DNA of 64,000 nucleotides from the NCBI GenBank assembly GCA_031385545.1, contig JANNBN010000130.1, forward strand, positions 16,852 through 80,851, in the 5' to 3' direction. Origin of the DNA: Acidimicrobiia bacterium (GTDB lineage: Bacteria > Actinomycetota > Acidimicrobiia > Acidimicrobiales > JANYDT01). Within the stretch, counting starts at the first letter, position 1, and every line of letters starts with the position of its first letter. The notes under the pieces were generated by a model. The model was not told the origin of the DNA, did not search any database, and saw only the letters and a program-made list of their open reading frames with translations. The position numbers and the translations under genes are program-made. This document shows, piece after piece, positions 54,888 to 63,753 of the stretch.

Positions 54888-55354
54888 CCCCTGCTCAGTT
54901 CCAGAGTCCCCAGGAACGCGATCAGCGCGGTGTTGACCTCGTCAGGACCTTCTTGTTGGGTCCAACGACCGCAGCCTTCGAGGATCAGCGACCGGTGCAG
55001 TTTCGGCACGGTCCGAGGGGACGCGGCGATGGCCGCGCCGCCACAGATGGTGGGGCCCTCGCGGTCGCCGCCGATGAACAGCGACGGCACATCGATCTTC
55101 GCGCCGCGGAACGCAGGGAGGTCCTCCCAGTCACGGTCGACGTTTCGGTATCGGTTCAGCGGGCCACGCAGCCCTAAATGCTCGAATTCGTTCGTGTACA
55201 TATCAAGATCGGCATCGGTCAGCCATACCGGCATCGGGTCCGGCCGACGGAACCGATCCTTCATCTGTGCACCCTGCGGAATGGTTGCAATGCTTCCAGA
55301 CGGGTCCGGCGGCGGTGCATCGCCTGAGCCGCTGAACATGAACCCCAGCACCAT
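54884..55354 (-). pseudogene. C-terminal half of an epoxide-hydrolase-like alpha/beta hydrolase (N-terminal catalytic half missing)
   Basis: 156-aa ORF. LTDADLDMYTNEFEHLGLRGPLNRYRNVDRDWE and GCGRWTQQEGPDEVN match the cap and C-terminal region of the family. The usual catalytic His in GxGHWxQQE is Arg here. The upstream neighbour is a complete amidohydrolase, which leaves no room for the nucleophile half. Confidence 0.55.
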
Positions 55355-55374
55355 GCGGTAGTCCTCGGCCGCTG

Positions 55375-57057
55375 TCAGCGGGTGACGATCTGACCGGCGC
55401 GGGCACCAGCGACGTACCCGGCTTCGGCGGTCCAGGTGACTTCGCCGTTCACGATCACGGTGTCGATGCCCTCCTGACGGCGGATCCAGCGGATGCCATC
55501 ACCTGGGAAATCGTCGGAGGCAATCTCGGGGCCGCGACCTATGCGGTCTGCATCGAACACCACCACATCGGCTGCATAGCCAGGCGCAAGAAGCCCCCGG
55601 TTCTTCAGTCCCCATATGGTCGCCGGGTCAAGGGTGATCTTCTTGACGGCGGCCTCGATGCTCAGCGACTGAGTGCCCCGCACGAACTCGGAGAACAGGA
55701 AGCCGGTGTCGCCGAACGTGGAGAACGAACCGACGTGGGCACCACCATCGGACGCACCCACATGCACCAGCGGATCTGCCAGCAGCGCACCGACCTCGGC
55801 GGAGTTGTTGTGGCCGACCGACACCCGAATGAACCATGTGCCCAATTCTTCGTCGAGCGCGAGATCGACGACGGTATCGCCGTAGGTGCCACCAGCTTCA
55901 CGGCTGATGTCATCGATGGTCCGGCCGACCAGGTGACGGTTCCGTTCGTGCACCACGTCGCGCACGACAAACGCACCGGCGCCAAGACCGCCGTTGGGTC
56001 GCTTGGCCAGAGCATTCATCTCGTCGACCAGCAATTTGCGGCGATCGATCACCGCAGCCAGCTTCTCGGCATGGCCGTTGATGGAGGCAACCTTCCACCA
56101 CGACGGCATCGTCAGCAGCATCAGACTGCGCTGGTCCAGTGTGAAGCTGATGTCGATCGGGCGGGTCTGTACTTGCGGCCACACGGCGGCTCCGCTGGCA
56201 CGGGCGTTTGCGACCGCGGTCATCACGTTTTCCACACCGGAGCGGTTGGCCTCGGTCACGAACAGCGGCGACAGCGTGGTGGTGATGCTGTGCCGCAACG
56301 ACAGCTCCGAGAGCTGCTCCACCCTGGCAACGGTGAGATCGGCATCGAAGAACTCGTGCACGATCTGCAGCACCCGATCACGTTCGCCCAGGACCGCTGC
56401 CAGCGCATCGAGCTCTGCTGGCCCGGCCCACCGGCTGGGCACCGGACGATACGTCTCGTCGATGTCCACGAAGCTTGTCGACATGCCAACGGCTCCGGCG
56501 TCGAGACACACGCGCAGGAGATCTGCCATCGCAGTGATCTCGCCGGGTGTGGCCACCCGCTGTTGTGCGTCCTCGCCCATCACGTACATGCGCAGCACCG
56601 AGTGCCCGACCAAGGGGGCGACATTGAGCGCGATGTTGCCAGTCAGCGCGTCCAGCCAACCGCCGAAGCTTTCGCCCCAGCGCCAGTCGACTCCTGCTGC
56701 GAACGCGGCCTCGGGCATTTCCTCGATCAGACGGAACATGCGGCTGAAGGCATCACGCTGATCGGTTCGCAGCGGCGCGAGCGACAGCGAACAGTTGCCG
56801 GGGACAACGGTGGTGACACCGTGCTCGATGGCCGGGAACGCATACGGGTCGAAGCAGAGCTGCGCGTCATAGTGCGTGTGCGGGTCGATGAAACCGGGGG
56901 CGACGACCTTGCCCGACGCATCGATCTCCCGACGACCCTCGGCGGCGCGCCCACCGGCGGACACCACCTTGCCATCGAAGATGGACACGTCGCCGCGCCG
57001 CCCGGGAAGACCCGAGCCGTCGATGATCAGGCCGTTACGGATGACGAGATCGAGCAT
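55375..57057 (-). CDS. N-acyl-D-amino-acid deacylase family amidohydrolase
   Basis: 560 aa. MLDLVIRNGLIIDGSG...GFIDPHTHYD metal-binding start and typical D-aminoacylase length. Confidence 0.85.
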   Translation of the reverse strand: MLDLVIRNGLIIDGSGLPGRRGDVSIFDGKVVSAGGRAAEGRREIDASGKVVAPGFIDPHTHYDAQLCFDPYAFPAIEHGVTTVVPGNCSLSLAPLRTDQRDAFSRMFRLIEEMPEAAFAAGVDWRWGESFGGWLDALTGNIALNVAPLVGHSVLRMYVMGEDAQQRVATPGEITAMADLLRVCLDAGAVGMSTSFVDIDETYRPVPSRWAGPAELDALAAVLGERDRVLQIVHEFFDADLTVARVEQLSELSLRHSITTTLSPLFVTEANRSGVENVMTAVANARASGAAVWPQVQTRPIDISFTLDQRSLMLLTMPSWWKVASINGHAEKLAAVIDRRKLLVDEMNALAKRPNGGLGAGAFVVRDVVHERNRHLVGRTIDDISREAGGTYGDTVVDLALDEELGTWFIRVSVGHNNSAEVGALLADPLVHVGASDGGAHVGSFSTFGDTGFLFSEFVRGTQSLSIEAAVKKITLDPATIWGLKNRGLLAPGYAADVVVFDADRIGRGPEIASDDFPGDGIRWIRRQEGIDTVIVNGEVTWTAEAGYVAGARAGQIVTR

Positions 57058-57326
57058 TGTTCCTCCACTGTGGTTGCTGTTGTCGAACCCTGGTATCGAA
57101 GGTGTTGCAGGTGTTGGAGTTCAAACGCCGGGAGAACAACGCTCCACGGTTGCCCCACGAGCTCCTCGAGTGAGCTGATCCCTGCACGGTCCAGCGATGT
57201 GGTGCATGCCTCCTCGTCGAGCGAAATCGTGGTTGTGCCACCGTTGTCGTAGGTGAGCACCACTTCGATCTCGGCGCGGCCGTCATGTCCTCCGACGATG
57301 GCGGCGCTGCTGATGATCGCGGTCAT
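57027..57326 (-). CDS. Hypothetical small protein
   Basis: 99-aa ORF overlapping the amidohydrolase start by 31 nt. No motif recognised. Coding status uncertain. Confidence 0.3.
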   Translation of the reverse strand: MTAIISSAAIVGGHDGRAEIEVVLTYDNGGTTTISLDEEACTTSLDRAGISSLEELVGQPWSVVLPAFELQHLQHLRYQGSTTATTVEEQCSISSSVTA

Positions 57327-57350
57327 TTCAGACGTGTCACTTCAGACGTG

Positions 57351-57560
57351 TCATTCGGGCCGACGGGCCGACGGTGGCTCGGTGAACACAATGTCGCTCG
57401 CTAGCAGACCGACGGAGCGGCCGAGCCCGGCGCGAGCGGCCAGGTGCAGATTCCACGAGAGAAGCTGCTGATCCGCCCCCTCGACTCCCGGCAGTTCCCT
57501 GGCAGCGATGGTCGCCAAGTCGTCCCCGGGTTGAGCAAACACATAACTCCGGGCGGCCAT
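57351..57560 (-). CDS. Small LysM-like / tail-protein-X-like protein
   Basis: 69 aa. SYVFAQPGDDLATIAAREL...LLSWNLHLA...LLASDIVFTEP follows the y-v-v-q-GD-l-IA...N..l...g..i.iP pattern of LysM/Phage_tail_X domains. Unverified. Confidence 0.35.
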   Translation of the reverse strand: MAARSYVFAQPGDDLATIAARELPGVEGADQQLLSWNLHLAARAGLGRSVGLLASDIVFTEPPSARRPE

Positions 57561-57633
57561 GCCCAGCAGCGTAAGACCCGGCAGCGAAAACTACGAAATC
57601 GGTCGGGCAGGCAACTTGTGCACTGGCGTGGTC

Positions 57634-58092
57634 TCAGACCACGGGATTCCACAACTTGCCAACTGCGCCGGCCGCGACATGTGGGTCGTGGCGAACACCG
57701 ATTTCGTCGCCGACCGGGTCCGTGACACGAAGGCCGGCTGCAACCCACGCCATCACACCGCCGATCAGGTCAGTGGCCCGCATGAAGCCGAGCGACTGCA
57801 ACGACACCGCAGCAAGGCTGGAGGAAAAGCCTTCGTTGCACACCACCACGACGTGCTGTTCGTGCGACGTGATCTGAGCCAGGCAGAGCGGTGCGTCCAT
57901 CGCCACCCGCCATTCAAGGACCGTCCTCGGCACATGGACAGAGCCCGGGATGCAACCGTACGCAGCACGGTCGGTCGGCGTACGTGTGTCGAGCACCAGC
58001 ACCTCGCCGTCGGCCATGAGCTGAGCCAGCTCATGCACATCGACGCGCACTAACCGGCTGCGGCTGGTTTCCAGCAACTCGGCAAGCGTCAC
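57634..58092 (-). CDS. Rhodanese-domain protein
   Basis: 152 aa. LVLDTRTP...IPGSVHVP...VVVVCNEGFSSSLAA active-site-loop layout. Confidence 0.7.
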   Translation of the reverse strand: MTLAELLETSRSRLVRVDVHELAQLMADGEVLVLDTRTPTDRAAYGCIPGSVHVPRTVLEWRVAMDAPLCLAQITSHEQHVVVVCNEGFSSSLAAVSLQSLGFMRATDLIGGVMAWVAAGLRVTDPVGDEIGVRHDPHVAAGAVGKLWNPVV

Positions 58093-58144
58093 CCGACCAA
58101 CGTACCGAACGCGCAGTCACTTGGCACGGGCAAGTAACGAGCTT

Positions 58145-58855
58145 TCAACCGGAACTCAAACCGGAACTCAAACCGGAACTCAACCCGAGCAGTTCCCGGC
58201 ACGCATCCAGGCCGCCGACACGCAGGTCCATCGGTGGAGCCGTTTCGGTCCAGCGTTGCCGAGTGAGCAAGTAACGCTGCTGGACTGCGGCTTGCCCACG
58301 CCGGAGGTACACGCTCGTTCCGTTCGGCTCGTATCCGGTAGCCAGCGAGACGTGTTGCGAGGCGGGGTTGTCCGCGAATGCTCCGCTGGTGATTGCGGCG
58401 GCACCGAAATGCTCGAATGCGACGCGCACAACCACCGCACGCATGAGTCGTCCGATGCCCATTCCCTGGTGCTCCTTTCCGAGCCAAGACCCGGTCTCGA
58501 CCGTGCGCAACTGCGGGTAGTTGGTGGCGTGCAGACCCTGCGAGCCGACGATCCGTCCGTCGATCACCACGGCGAAAGCAAGGTCCCATTTGTCCGGCGA
58601 GCACTCCGATCGGCAACGCCAGTGGTACTGCAACGCGCGCCGCTCCAATTCCGGCGACGCAAAGTCTGTCCACGGAACAGCGAACGGCATCGTCTCGGGC
58701 GGGTGGATGCCTCTCGCGGCCAGCGACACCAACTCGGCCAGGTCGTCGTCGTCCGGAATACGCAGCTCGATCCCCGGCCCGGTGATCCGCAGGCCGAGCA
58801 GCGGCCACACTGCCTCGATCAGTTGTAAGTGTGCCATCGCCAAGTGTTGCAGCAC
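58145..58855 (-). CDS. GNAT-family N-acetyltransferase (RimJ/RimL-like)
   Basis: 236 aa. WLGKEHQGMGIGRLMRAVVVRVAFEHFGA acetyl-CoA-binding region. The C-terminus ends in (LSSG)x3. Confidence 0.8.
   Translation of the reverse strand: MLQHLAMAHLQLIEAVWPLLGLRITGPGIELRIPDDDDLAELVSLAARGIHPPETMPFAVPWTDFASPELERRALQYHWRCRSECSPDKWDLAFAVVIDGRIVGSQGLHATNYPQLRTVETGSWLGKEHQGMGIGRLMRAVVVRVAFEHFGAAAITSGAFADNPASQHVSLATGYEPNGTSVYLRRGQAAVQQRYLLTRQRWTETAPPMDLRVGGLDACRELLGLSSGLSSGLSSG
58147..58182. repeat. 12-nt perfect tandem repeat x3 (AACCGGAACTCA) forming the last 12 codons of the GNAT gene
   Basis: Begins at the last base of the stop codon. Encodes LSSGLSSGLSSG. Confidence 0.9.
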
Positions 58856-58901
58856 CGGGTAGTCGAATCACGGTGGATTACGGAAGTTCACCGCTCGGCA
58901 T

Positions 58902-59870
58902 CTACAGCCACAGTCGCCGCTTGAAGTTGCGATACAGCCCGAAGCACAGTGTGACCATCACGCCGAGTACCAGCGGATAGCCGTAACGCCAGCGCAGCTC
59001 GGGCATGGTGTCGAAGTTCATGCCGTACACCCCGGCGATCATGGTTGGCACAGCGATGATCGCCACCCAGGCCGAGATCTTGCGCATGTCCTCGTTCTGG
59101 CGCATCCCGACCTGGGCCACGTTGGCGTGCAACGCGCTATCGAGCAGCGCGTCGAGCGAACGCAATTGATCAGAGGTACGCAGCACGTGGTCATGTACGT
59201 CGCGGAAGTACGCGGCCGATTCGCTGTCGATAGGGCCAGGGCTGGCGGCCAGTTCCGACATCGTCGGTTCGAGCGGATCGACCGCCCGACGGAACTCAAG
59301 TACTTCGCGCTTCAGCTTGAAGATACGTTGAGCATGCGCTGCACGCGGAAAGCTGAACACCTCCAGTTCGATCTCGTCGATGTCAACGTTCAGCCCGCGC
59401 AACACGGGTGCATAGTCGTCGACCACTGCGTCCGAGATTGCGTACAGGACAGACGTCGGCCCCCACCGGAGGGATTCGGGATCGGCTTCAATCTTGTGAC
59501 GGAGAACTGCAAGCCCTCCGACCTGTCCGTGACGGACCGTGACGATGAAATCGCGCCCGATGAACGCCATGATCTGGCCGACCTCGACCACTTCGTTGGC
59601 ATCGACGTAACGAGCTGGTTTGAGGACAACGAATACCATGTCCCCATACGGTTCGAACTTCGGACGCTGATGCGCGTGGATTGCGTCCTCGACGGCAAGC
59701 GGGTGCAGATCAAACACCTCGGCAATATTGTTGAATTCCGCAGCACTCGGCTCGTACAGCCCCAACCACACGAACCCTCCGCTGGCCCTGGCATCGGCCA
59801 ACGCCTCGGCAGCATCGGTATAGGAGCCATGGCGCGAACCGTTCACATACGAGGCGAAATCGACGACCAT
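58902..59870 (-). CDS. corA: Magnesium/cobalt transporter CorA
   Basis: 322 aa. YGMNFDTMPE (GMN motif) and two C-terminal TM helices. Confidence 0.9.
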   Translation of the reverse strand: MVVDFASYVNGSRHGSYTDAAEALADARASGGFVWLGLYEPSAAEFNNIAEVFDLHPLAVEDAIHAHQRPKFEPYGDMVFVVLKPARYVDANEVVEVGQIMAFIGRDFIVTVRHGQVGGLAVLRHKIEADPESLRWGPTSVLYAISDAVVDDYAPVLRGLNVDIDEIELEVFSFPRAAHAQRIFKLKREVLEFRRAVDPLEPTMSELAASPGPIDSESAAYFRDVHDHVLRTSDQLRSLDALLDSALHANVAQVGMRQNEDMRKISAWVAIIAVPTMIAGVYGMNFDTMPELRWRYGYPLVLGVMVTLCFGLYRNFKRRLWL

Positions 59871-59926
59871 TCGCCCAGTCTCACATCGGGTTACGTTGAA
59901 TTGGCGGACTCCGCTACCGTTCGCAC

Positions 59927-61045
59927 ATGATCCAGCTTCGTTCCATGGTCCAGCCCGACGGCACCCTTCGCCTCAGCCTCGACGAGGTGGAGATGCCCAC
60001 CCCGGCGGCGCACGAGGTGGTCATCCGCATCGAGGCGACGCCGATCAATCCCTCGGACCTTGGCCTGCTCCTGGCGACCGTCGATGTGGAAACGCTCGCC
60101 AGTAGTACCGATGAAAGAGGACATCCGGTGACCACCGGTTCGTGCCCAGCTGCAACCTTGCGGGGGTTGGCTGCACGGCTCGGCGAGTCCATGCCCGTGG
60201 GCAACGAAGGGGCCGGCACCGTTGTGGCGGCAGGTGACTCCCCCGAAGCGCAGGCGCTGAAGGGACGAATCGTCGGCGCTGCCGGCGGTGCGATGTACGC
60301 GCAGTACAGAGCCGTTCCGGCGGCTTCGTGCATTGCAATGCCGGCAGGTGTTACCGCAGCGCAGGCGGCGTCGCCTTTCGTCAACCCCCTCACGGCGCTC
60401 GCCATGGTCGACTCGATGCGCGCTGAAGGCCACACCGGCCTGGTCCATACGGCTGCTGCGTCGAACCTGGGGCAGATGTTGAACCGGATCTGCATCGCAG
60501 ACGAAGTGTCGCTCGTCAGCATCGTGCGGCGCCCGGAGCAGGTAGCACTGCTCAAGGCTGCCGGAGCTGTGCATGTCTGCGATTCATCCGACCCGGACTT
60601 CCAGGAACAGCTCACCGCTGCGCTGACCGAGACCAAGGCCACACTCGCCTTCGACGCCACCGGCGGCGGCACGCTTGCCGGCACCATTCTTGCGTGCATG
60701 GAACGGGCCACCAGCGCCGGTGCTGCATACAGCCGGTACGGCTCTTCAATTCATAAGCAGGTATACCTTTACGGTGGGCTCGACCTCCGCCCGCTCGAAC
60801 TGCGCCGCAATTCCTACGGCATGGCATGGGGTGTGGGCGGCTGGCTGCTCACCCCGTTCCTTGGCAAAGTCGGCGGCGAGCGGTTCGCACAGCTGCGCGA
60901 GCGCGTTGCGAACGAGATCACCACCACGTTCGCGTCGGACTATTCCGACCAGATCAGCCTGCAGCAGGCACTGGACCCAGACACCATCCGCCGCTATCAG
61001 GCCAAGGCAACCGGCGAAAAGTTCCTCATCGTTCCAACCCACTGA
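59927..61045 (+). CDS. Medium-chain dehydrogenase/reductase (quinone-oxidoreductase / enoyl-reductase-like)
   Basis: 372 aa. EVVIRIEATPINPSDL and MDR-type architecture with a nucleotide-binding middle domain. Confidence 0.75.
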   Translation: MIQLRSMVQPDGTLRLSLDEVEMPTPAAHEVVIRIEATPINPSDLGLLLATVDVETLASSTDERGHPVTTGSCPAATLRGLAARLGESMPVGNEGAGTVVAAGDSPEAQALKGRIVGAAGGAMYAQYRAVPAASCIAMPAGVTAAQAASPFVNPLTALAMVDSMRAEGHTGLVHTAAASNLGQMLNRICIADEVSLVSIVRRPEQVALLKAAGAVHVCDSSDPDFQEQLTAALTETKATLAFDATGGGTLAGTILACMERATSAGAAYSRYGSSIHKQVYLYGGLDLRPLELRRNSYGMAWGVGGWLLTPFLGKVGGERFAQLRERVANEITTTFASDYSDQISLQQALDPDTIRRYQAKATGEKFLIVPTH

Positions 61046-61059
61046 CTGAACAGCGACCC

Positions 61060-61082
61060 GGGCCGGGGGAATGGCCCGGCCC
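61060..61082. terminator. GC hairpin between convergent genes
   Basis: GGGCCGGG-ggaatgg-CCCGGCCC: 8-bp stem, 7-nt loop. Confidence 0.45.
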
Positions 61083-61093
61083 CTGAAATCCAC

Positions 61094-61675
61094 CTAGCCG
61101 GCGGTTGCGGTGGCGGTGACCTGCTTGGCCACCAGGCCATCGGCATCGGCGGGCTCCACGCTCACTGATTGGTCGACGGCCAAGTCGCCGGCCTGCACCG
61201 AGCGGGTCCGAGCGAACACGGTCTCGTCTGTGATGGCGAAGATGTGTGACTCGCCCGCAGCATCGGTGACCGTGAGAATGTCGGGGTCGACTTCGGCCAC
61301 CTTCCCGACCACCGGAGCGAATGTGGTGGGGACTGCGGAAACGACTCCACTTGCGGTAGCGCCGAACCCACCGGTGCCGCCGAACTGCCCACGACCGGTG
61401 CGGCCGAGCCCAGCTGCCGCACCCGCAGCACCACCAGCCGCGCTGGCCGGATCCTTTTTCAGCTTCGCGCCCAGCGAGAATGCGCCGAGCCCGAAGAGAG
61501 CCACACCGAGGATGGCGACAAGGCGCTTCCAGGTTTGCGAGATCGGGTCGGTGGGCACCGCCCATGACTGGTCGTCGGACAGCTCCGGCAGACCGGGCAG
61601 CACGTCGGTCTCGCCGGTCGCGCTCGGGTTGATCGGGTTGATCGGGTTGATCGGGTTTGAATCATCGGTAGACAC
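61094..61675 (-). CDS. Single-pass membrane protein with a Gly-rich linker and a beta-rich C-domain (DUF5666-like?), last gene of the MacB-type cluster
   Basis: 193 aa. TM segment LVAILGVALFGLGAFSLGA. C-terminal VGKVAEVDPDILTVTDAAGESHIFAITDETVF. The N-terminus contains (NPI)x3. Confidence 0.5.
   Translation of the reverse strand: MSTDDSNPINPINPINPSATGETDVLPGLPELSDDQSWAVPTDPISQTWKRLVAILGVALFGLGAFSLGAKLKKDPASAAGGAAGAAAGLGRTGRGQFGGTGGFGATASGVVSAVPTTFAPVVGKVAEVDPDILTVTDAAGESHIFAITDETVFARTRSVQAGDLAVDQSVSVEPADADGLVAKQVTATATAG
61626..61661. repeat. 9-nt tandem repeat x3 plus a degenerate unit (CGGGTTGAT) in codons 6-16 of 61094..61675
   Basis: Encodes NPINPINPINP. Confidence 0.9.
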
Positions 61676-61684
61676 GGTGGAACC

Positions 61685-62890
61685 TCATTCGTGACGGAGC
61701 GCGTCGATTGGCCGCATCGCAGCAGCGCGGCGGGCCGGCCAGAACCCGAAGAACAGGCCAACAGCAACCGCGACTGCGAACGCGAGAATCACCGAGTCGT
61801 AACGCACCACGGGGGTGGTGCCTGCGATCTTGAAGCGAGACCCTGCGATACCCAGCAGCACACCGATCGACCCGCCGATGCCTGCCAGCATCACGGCCTC
61901 GACCAAGAACTGACCGAGGATCGACGCCTGGGGTGCGCCGATCGCCTTGCGGATACCGATCTCACGTGTCCGCTCGGTAACCGTGACCAGCATGATGTTC
62001 ATGATCCCGATACCGCCGACGAGCAGGCTGATGGCAGCCACCGCGGCGAGCAGCACCGTGAGCGTACGAGACGCCTCGGTACGCGAGCTGAGCAACGCGG
62101 TTTGATTCAGCACATTGAAACCCTGCTGCCCGTTGACAGCCGGGTGACGTTCGTTGAGCACATCGGTGATGATCGTCTGCGCCTGCGCCGTCTTCTCTGC
62201 ACTGGTGGCCTGCACGGTGAAGCGGTTGATGCTCGTTCCGCCTGCGATGGTGTCGCGTGCTGTGGTCCACGGCAGGAACATCACGTCGTCCTGGTCGACC
62301 ACCCCGTTGGCACCCTTTTTTGCAAGCACACCGACGACCTCGAACCGGGTACCTGCGACAAGCAGCGTTTCGCCGACAGGGTCGACGGCTTCACCCCACA
62401 GGTTTTCTTTGACTCGCAACCCAAGCACCACCACCGGCTGTCGCAACTCGATGTCGTCGGCCGACAGGAACCGACCCGAGGCAACCTTCCACGACAACGC
62501 TTCCTGCGCTTCTGCTGTGGTGCCGATCACCGAGTTTGGCGTGTTGGTCGTGTCGCCGACCGCAAGGGTGATGCCATTCGCATTGATCTGCGGAACAACA
62601 GCTTTGATGTAGTCGCTGTACTCCTGCGCCCGCAATGCTTCGAGGTCGGCGTTGACGATTGCAGCAGCGCTGCTCTGTCTTCCCCGCGGCCCGAAGCCGC
62701 CGGAGCTGACCGTGAGCGTGTTGGTGCCGAGCGCCTGGAACTGCTTCGCCACAGCGATGGACGAACCATTGCCAACGGCCACAAGCACGACGACGGACGC
62801 GACACCGATCAGGATTCCGAGCATGGTGAGCAGCGAGCGCGTGCGGTTGGAGTTCAGCCCCCGCAACGCGATCTTGACGATGTCGCTCAT
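61685..62890 (-). CDS. ABC transporter permease, MacB/FtsX family
   Basis: 401 aa. N-terminal TM, large periplasmic MacB_PCD-like domain, C-terminal FtsX domain (REIGIRKAIGA). ATGA-type overlap with the ATPase stop. Confidence 0.85.
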   Translation of the reverse strand: MSDIVKIALRGLNSNRTRSLLTMLGILIGVASVVVLVAVGNGSSIAVAKQFQALGTNTLTVSSGGFGPRGRQSSAAAIVNADLEALRAQEYSDYIKAVVPQINANGITLAVGDTTNTPNSVIGTTAEAQEALSWKVASGRFLSADDIELRQPVVVLGLRVKENLWGEAVDPVGETLLVAGTRFEVVGVLAKKGANGVVDQDDVMFLPWTTARDTIAGGTSINRFTVQATSAEKTAQAQTIITDVLNERHPAVNGQQGFNVLNQTALLSSRTEASRTLTVLLAAVAAISLLVGGIGIMNIMLVTVTERTREIGIRKAIGAPQASILGQFLVEAVMLAGIGGSIGVLLGIAGSRFKIAGTTPVVRYDSVILAFAVAVAVGLFFGFWPARRAAAMRPIDALRHE

Positions 62891-63753
62891 GCACTCACCG
62901 GCCGGGCGAACGGATCGACTGCGCTCGGTGCTGCGTGCCGATTGCCGACAGAGCCGCGGTGATCGTCGGAGACGACCAAACCGTCGCGGAGCCGAATCAC
63001 GCGCGACGCACGCGCTGCGACGTCGGGTTCGTGGGTGATGATCACGACGGTGCGGCCCAACCGATTGATTCGTTGGAAAAGGTCGAGAACCTCTTCGCTG
63101 GTCTGCGAATCAAGTGCTCCGGTCGGTTCGTCTGCAAGCAGCAAGGCCGGGCTGGTGACAATGGCACGAGCGATCGCGACGCGCTGCTGTTGGCCACCGG
63201 AGAGCTGCGAGGGCATATGGTCCGCCCGGTCGGCCAGGCCAACCGCGTCGAGTGCAGCCAGTGTGCGGGCTCGGCGGTCGGCAGCGCTGAGCTTGGCGTA
63301 CACAAGTGGCAGCTCGACGTTTTCGAATGCAGTGGTTCGTGCGATCAGGTTGAAGCTCTGGAACACGAACCCGATCTTGCGGTTGCGCGCCTTGGCCAAC
63401 TGGTGCGCGTCGAGCACGGACACATCGAGACCATCCAACCGGAAGCCGCCTGACGTCGGCGCGTCGAGCGCCCCGATGATGTTCATGAGCGTCGACTTGC
63501 CGGAACCCGAGGCACCCATGATGGCAACGAACTCGTCTCGCTCGACGCGCAGGTCGACGCCTCTCAGCGCGTGCACCACGACAGCTTCTTGGCCCGGCGT
63601 CTCGCCGCCCATCACATAATGCTTCGTGATCGCCCGCATCTCGATGACCGGCGGCGTAACGGCACCCTGCAGTTCCACACCCTGCAGTTCCACACCCTGC
63701 GGTTCACTGCGGGACGCGAGGCGCGAGCGGTGCCGCAGGCGCGGGGTGATCAT
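62887..63753 (-). CDS. ABC transporter ATP-binding protein, MacB/LolD type
   Basis: GASGSGKSTLMN Walker A, LSGGQQQRVAIARA signature, LLLADEPTGALD Walker B. The start at 63753 gives an ATGA overlap with the upstream stop. An alternative start near MRAITKHY would remove the repeat-encoded N-extension. Confidence 0.9.
   Translation of the reverse strand: MITPRLRHRSRLASRSEPQGVELQGVELQGAVTPPVIEMRAITKHYVMGGETPGQEAVVVHALRGVDLRVERDEFVAIMGASGSGKSTLMNIIGALDAPTSGGFRLDGLDVSVLDAHQLAKARNRKIGFVFQSFNLIARTTAFENVELPLVYAKLSAADRRARTLAALDAVGLADRADHMPSQLSGGQQQRVAIARAIVTSPALLLADEPTGALDSQTSEEVLDLFQRINRLGRTVVIITHEPDVAARASRVIRLRDGLVVSDDHRGSVGNRHAAPSAVDPFARPVSA
63663..63707. repeat. 15-nt tandem repeat x3 (CACCCTGCAGTTCCA) in the N-terminal extension of the ABC ATPase
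   Basis: Encodes PQGVELQGVELQG if the 63753 start is used. Confidence 0.85.

Noticed and set aside
57351-57560. The tail-protein-X-like ORF as evidence of a prophage.
   Set aside because: No other phage structural, integrase or lysis genes are nearby. The neighbours are metabolic enzymes, and the similarity is only a LysM-like pattern.
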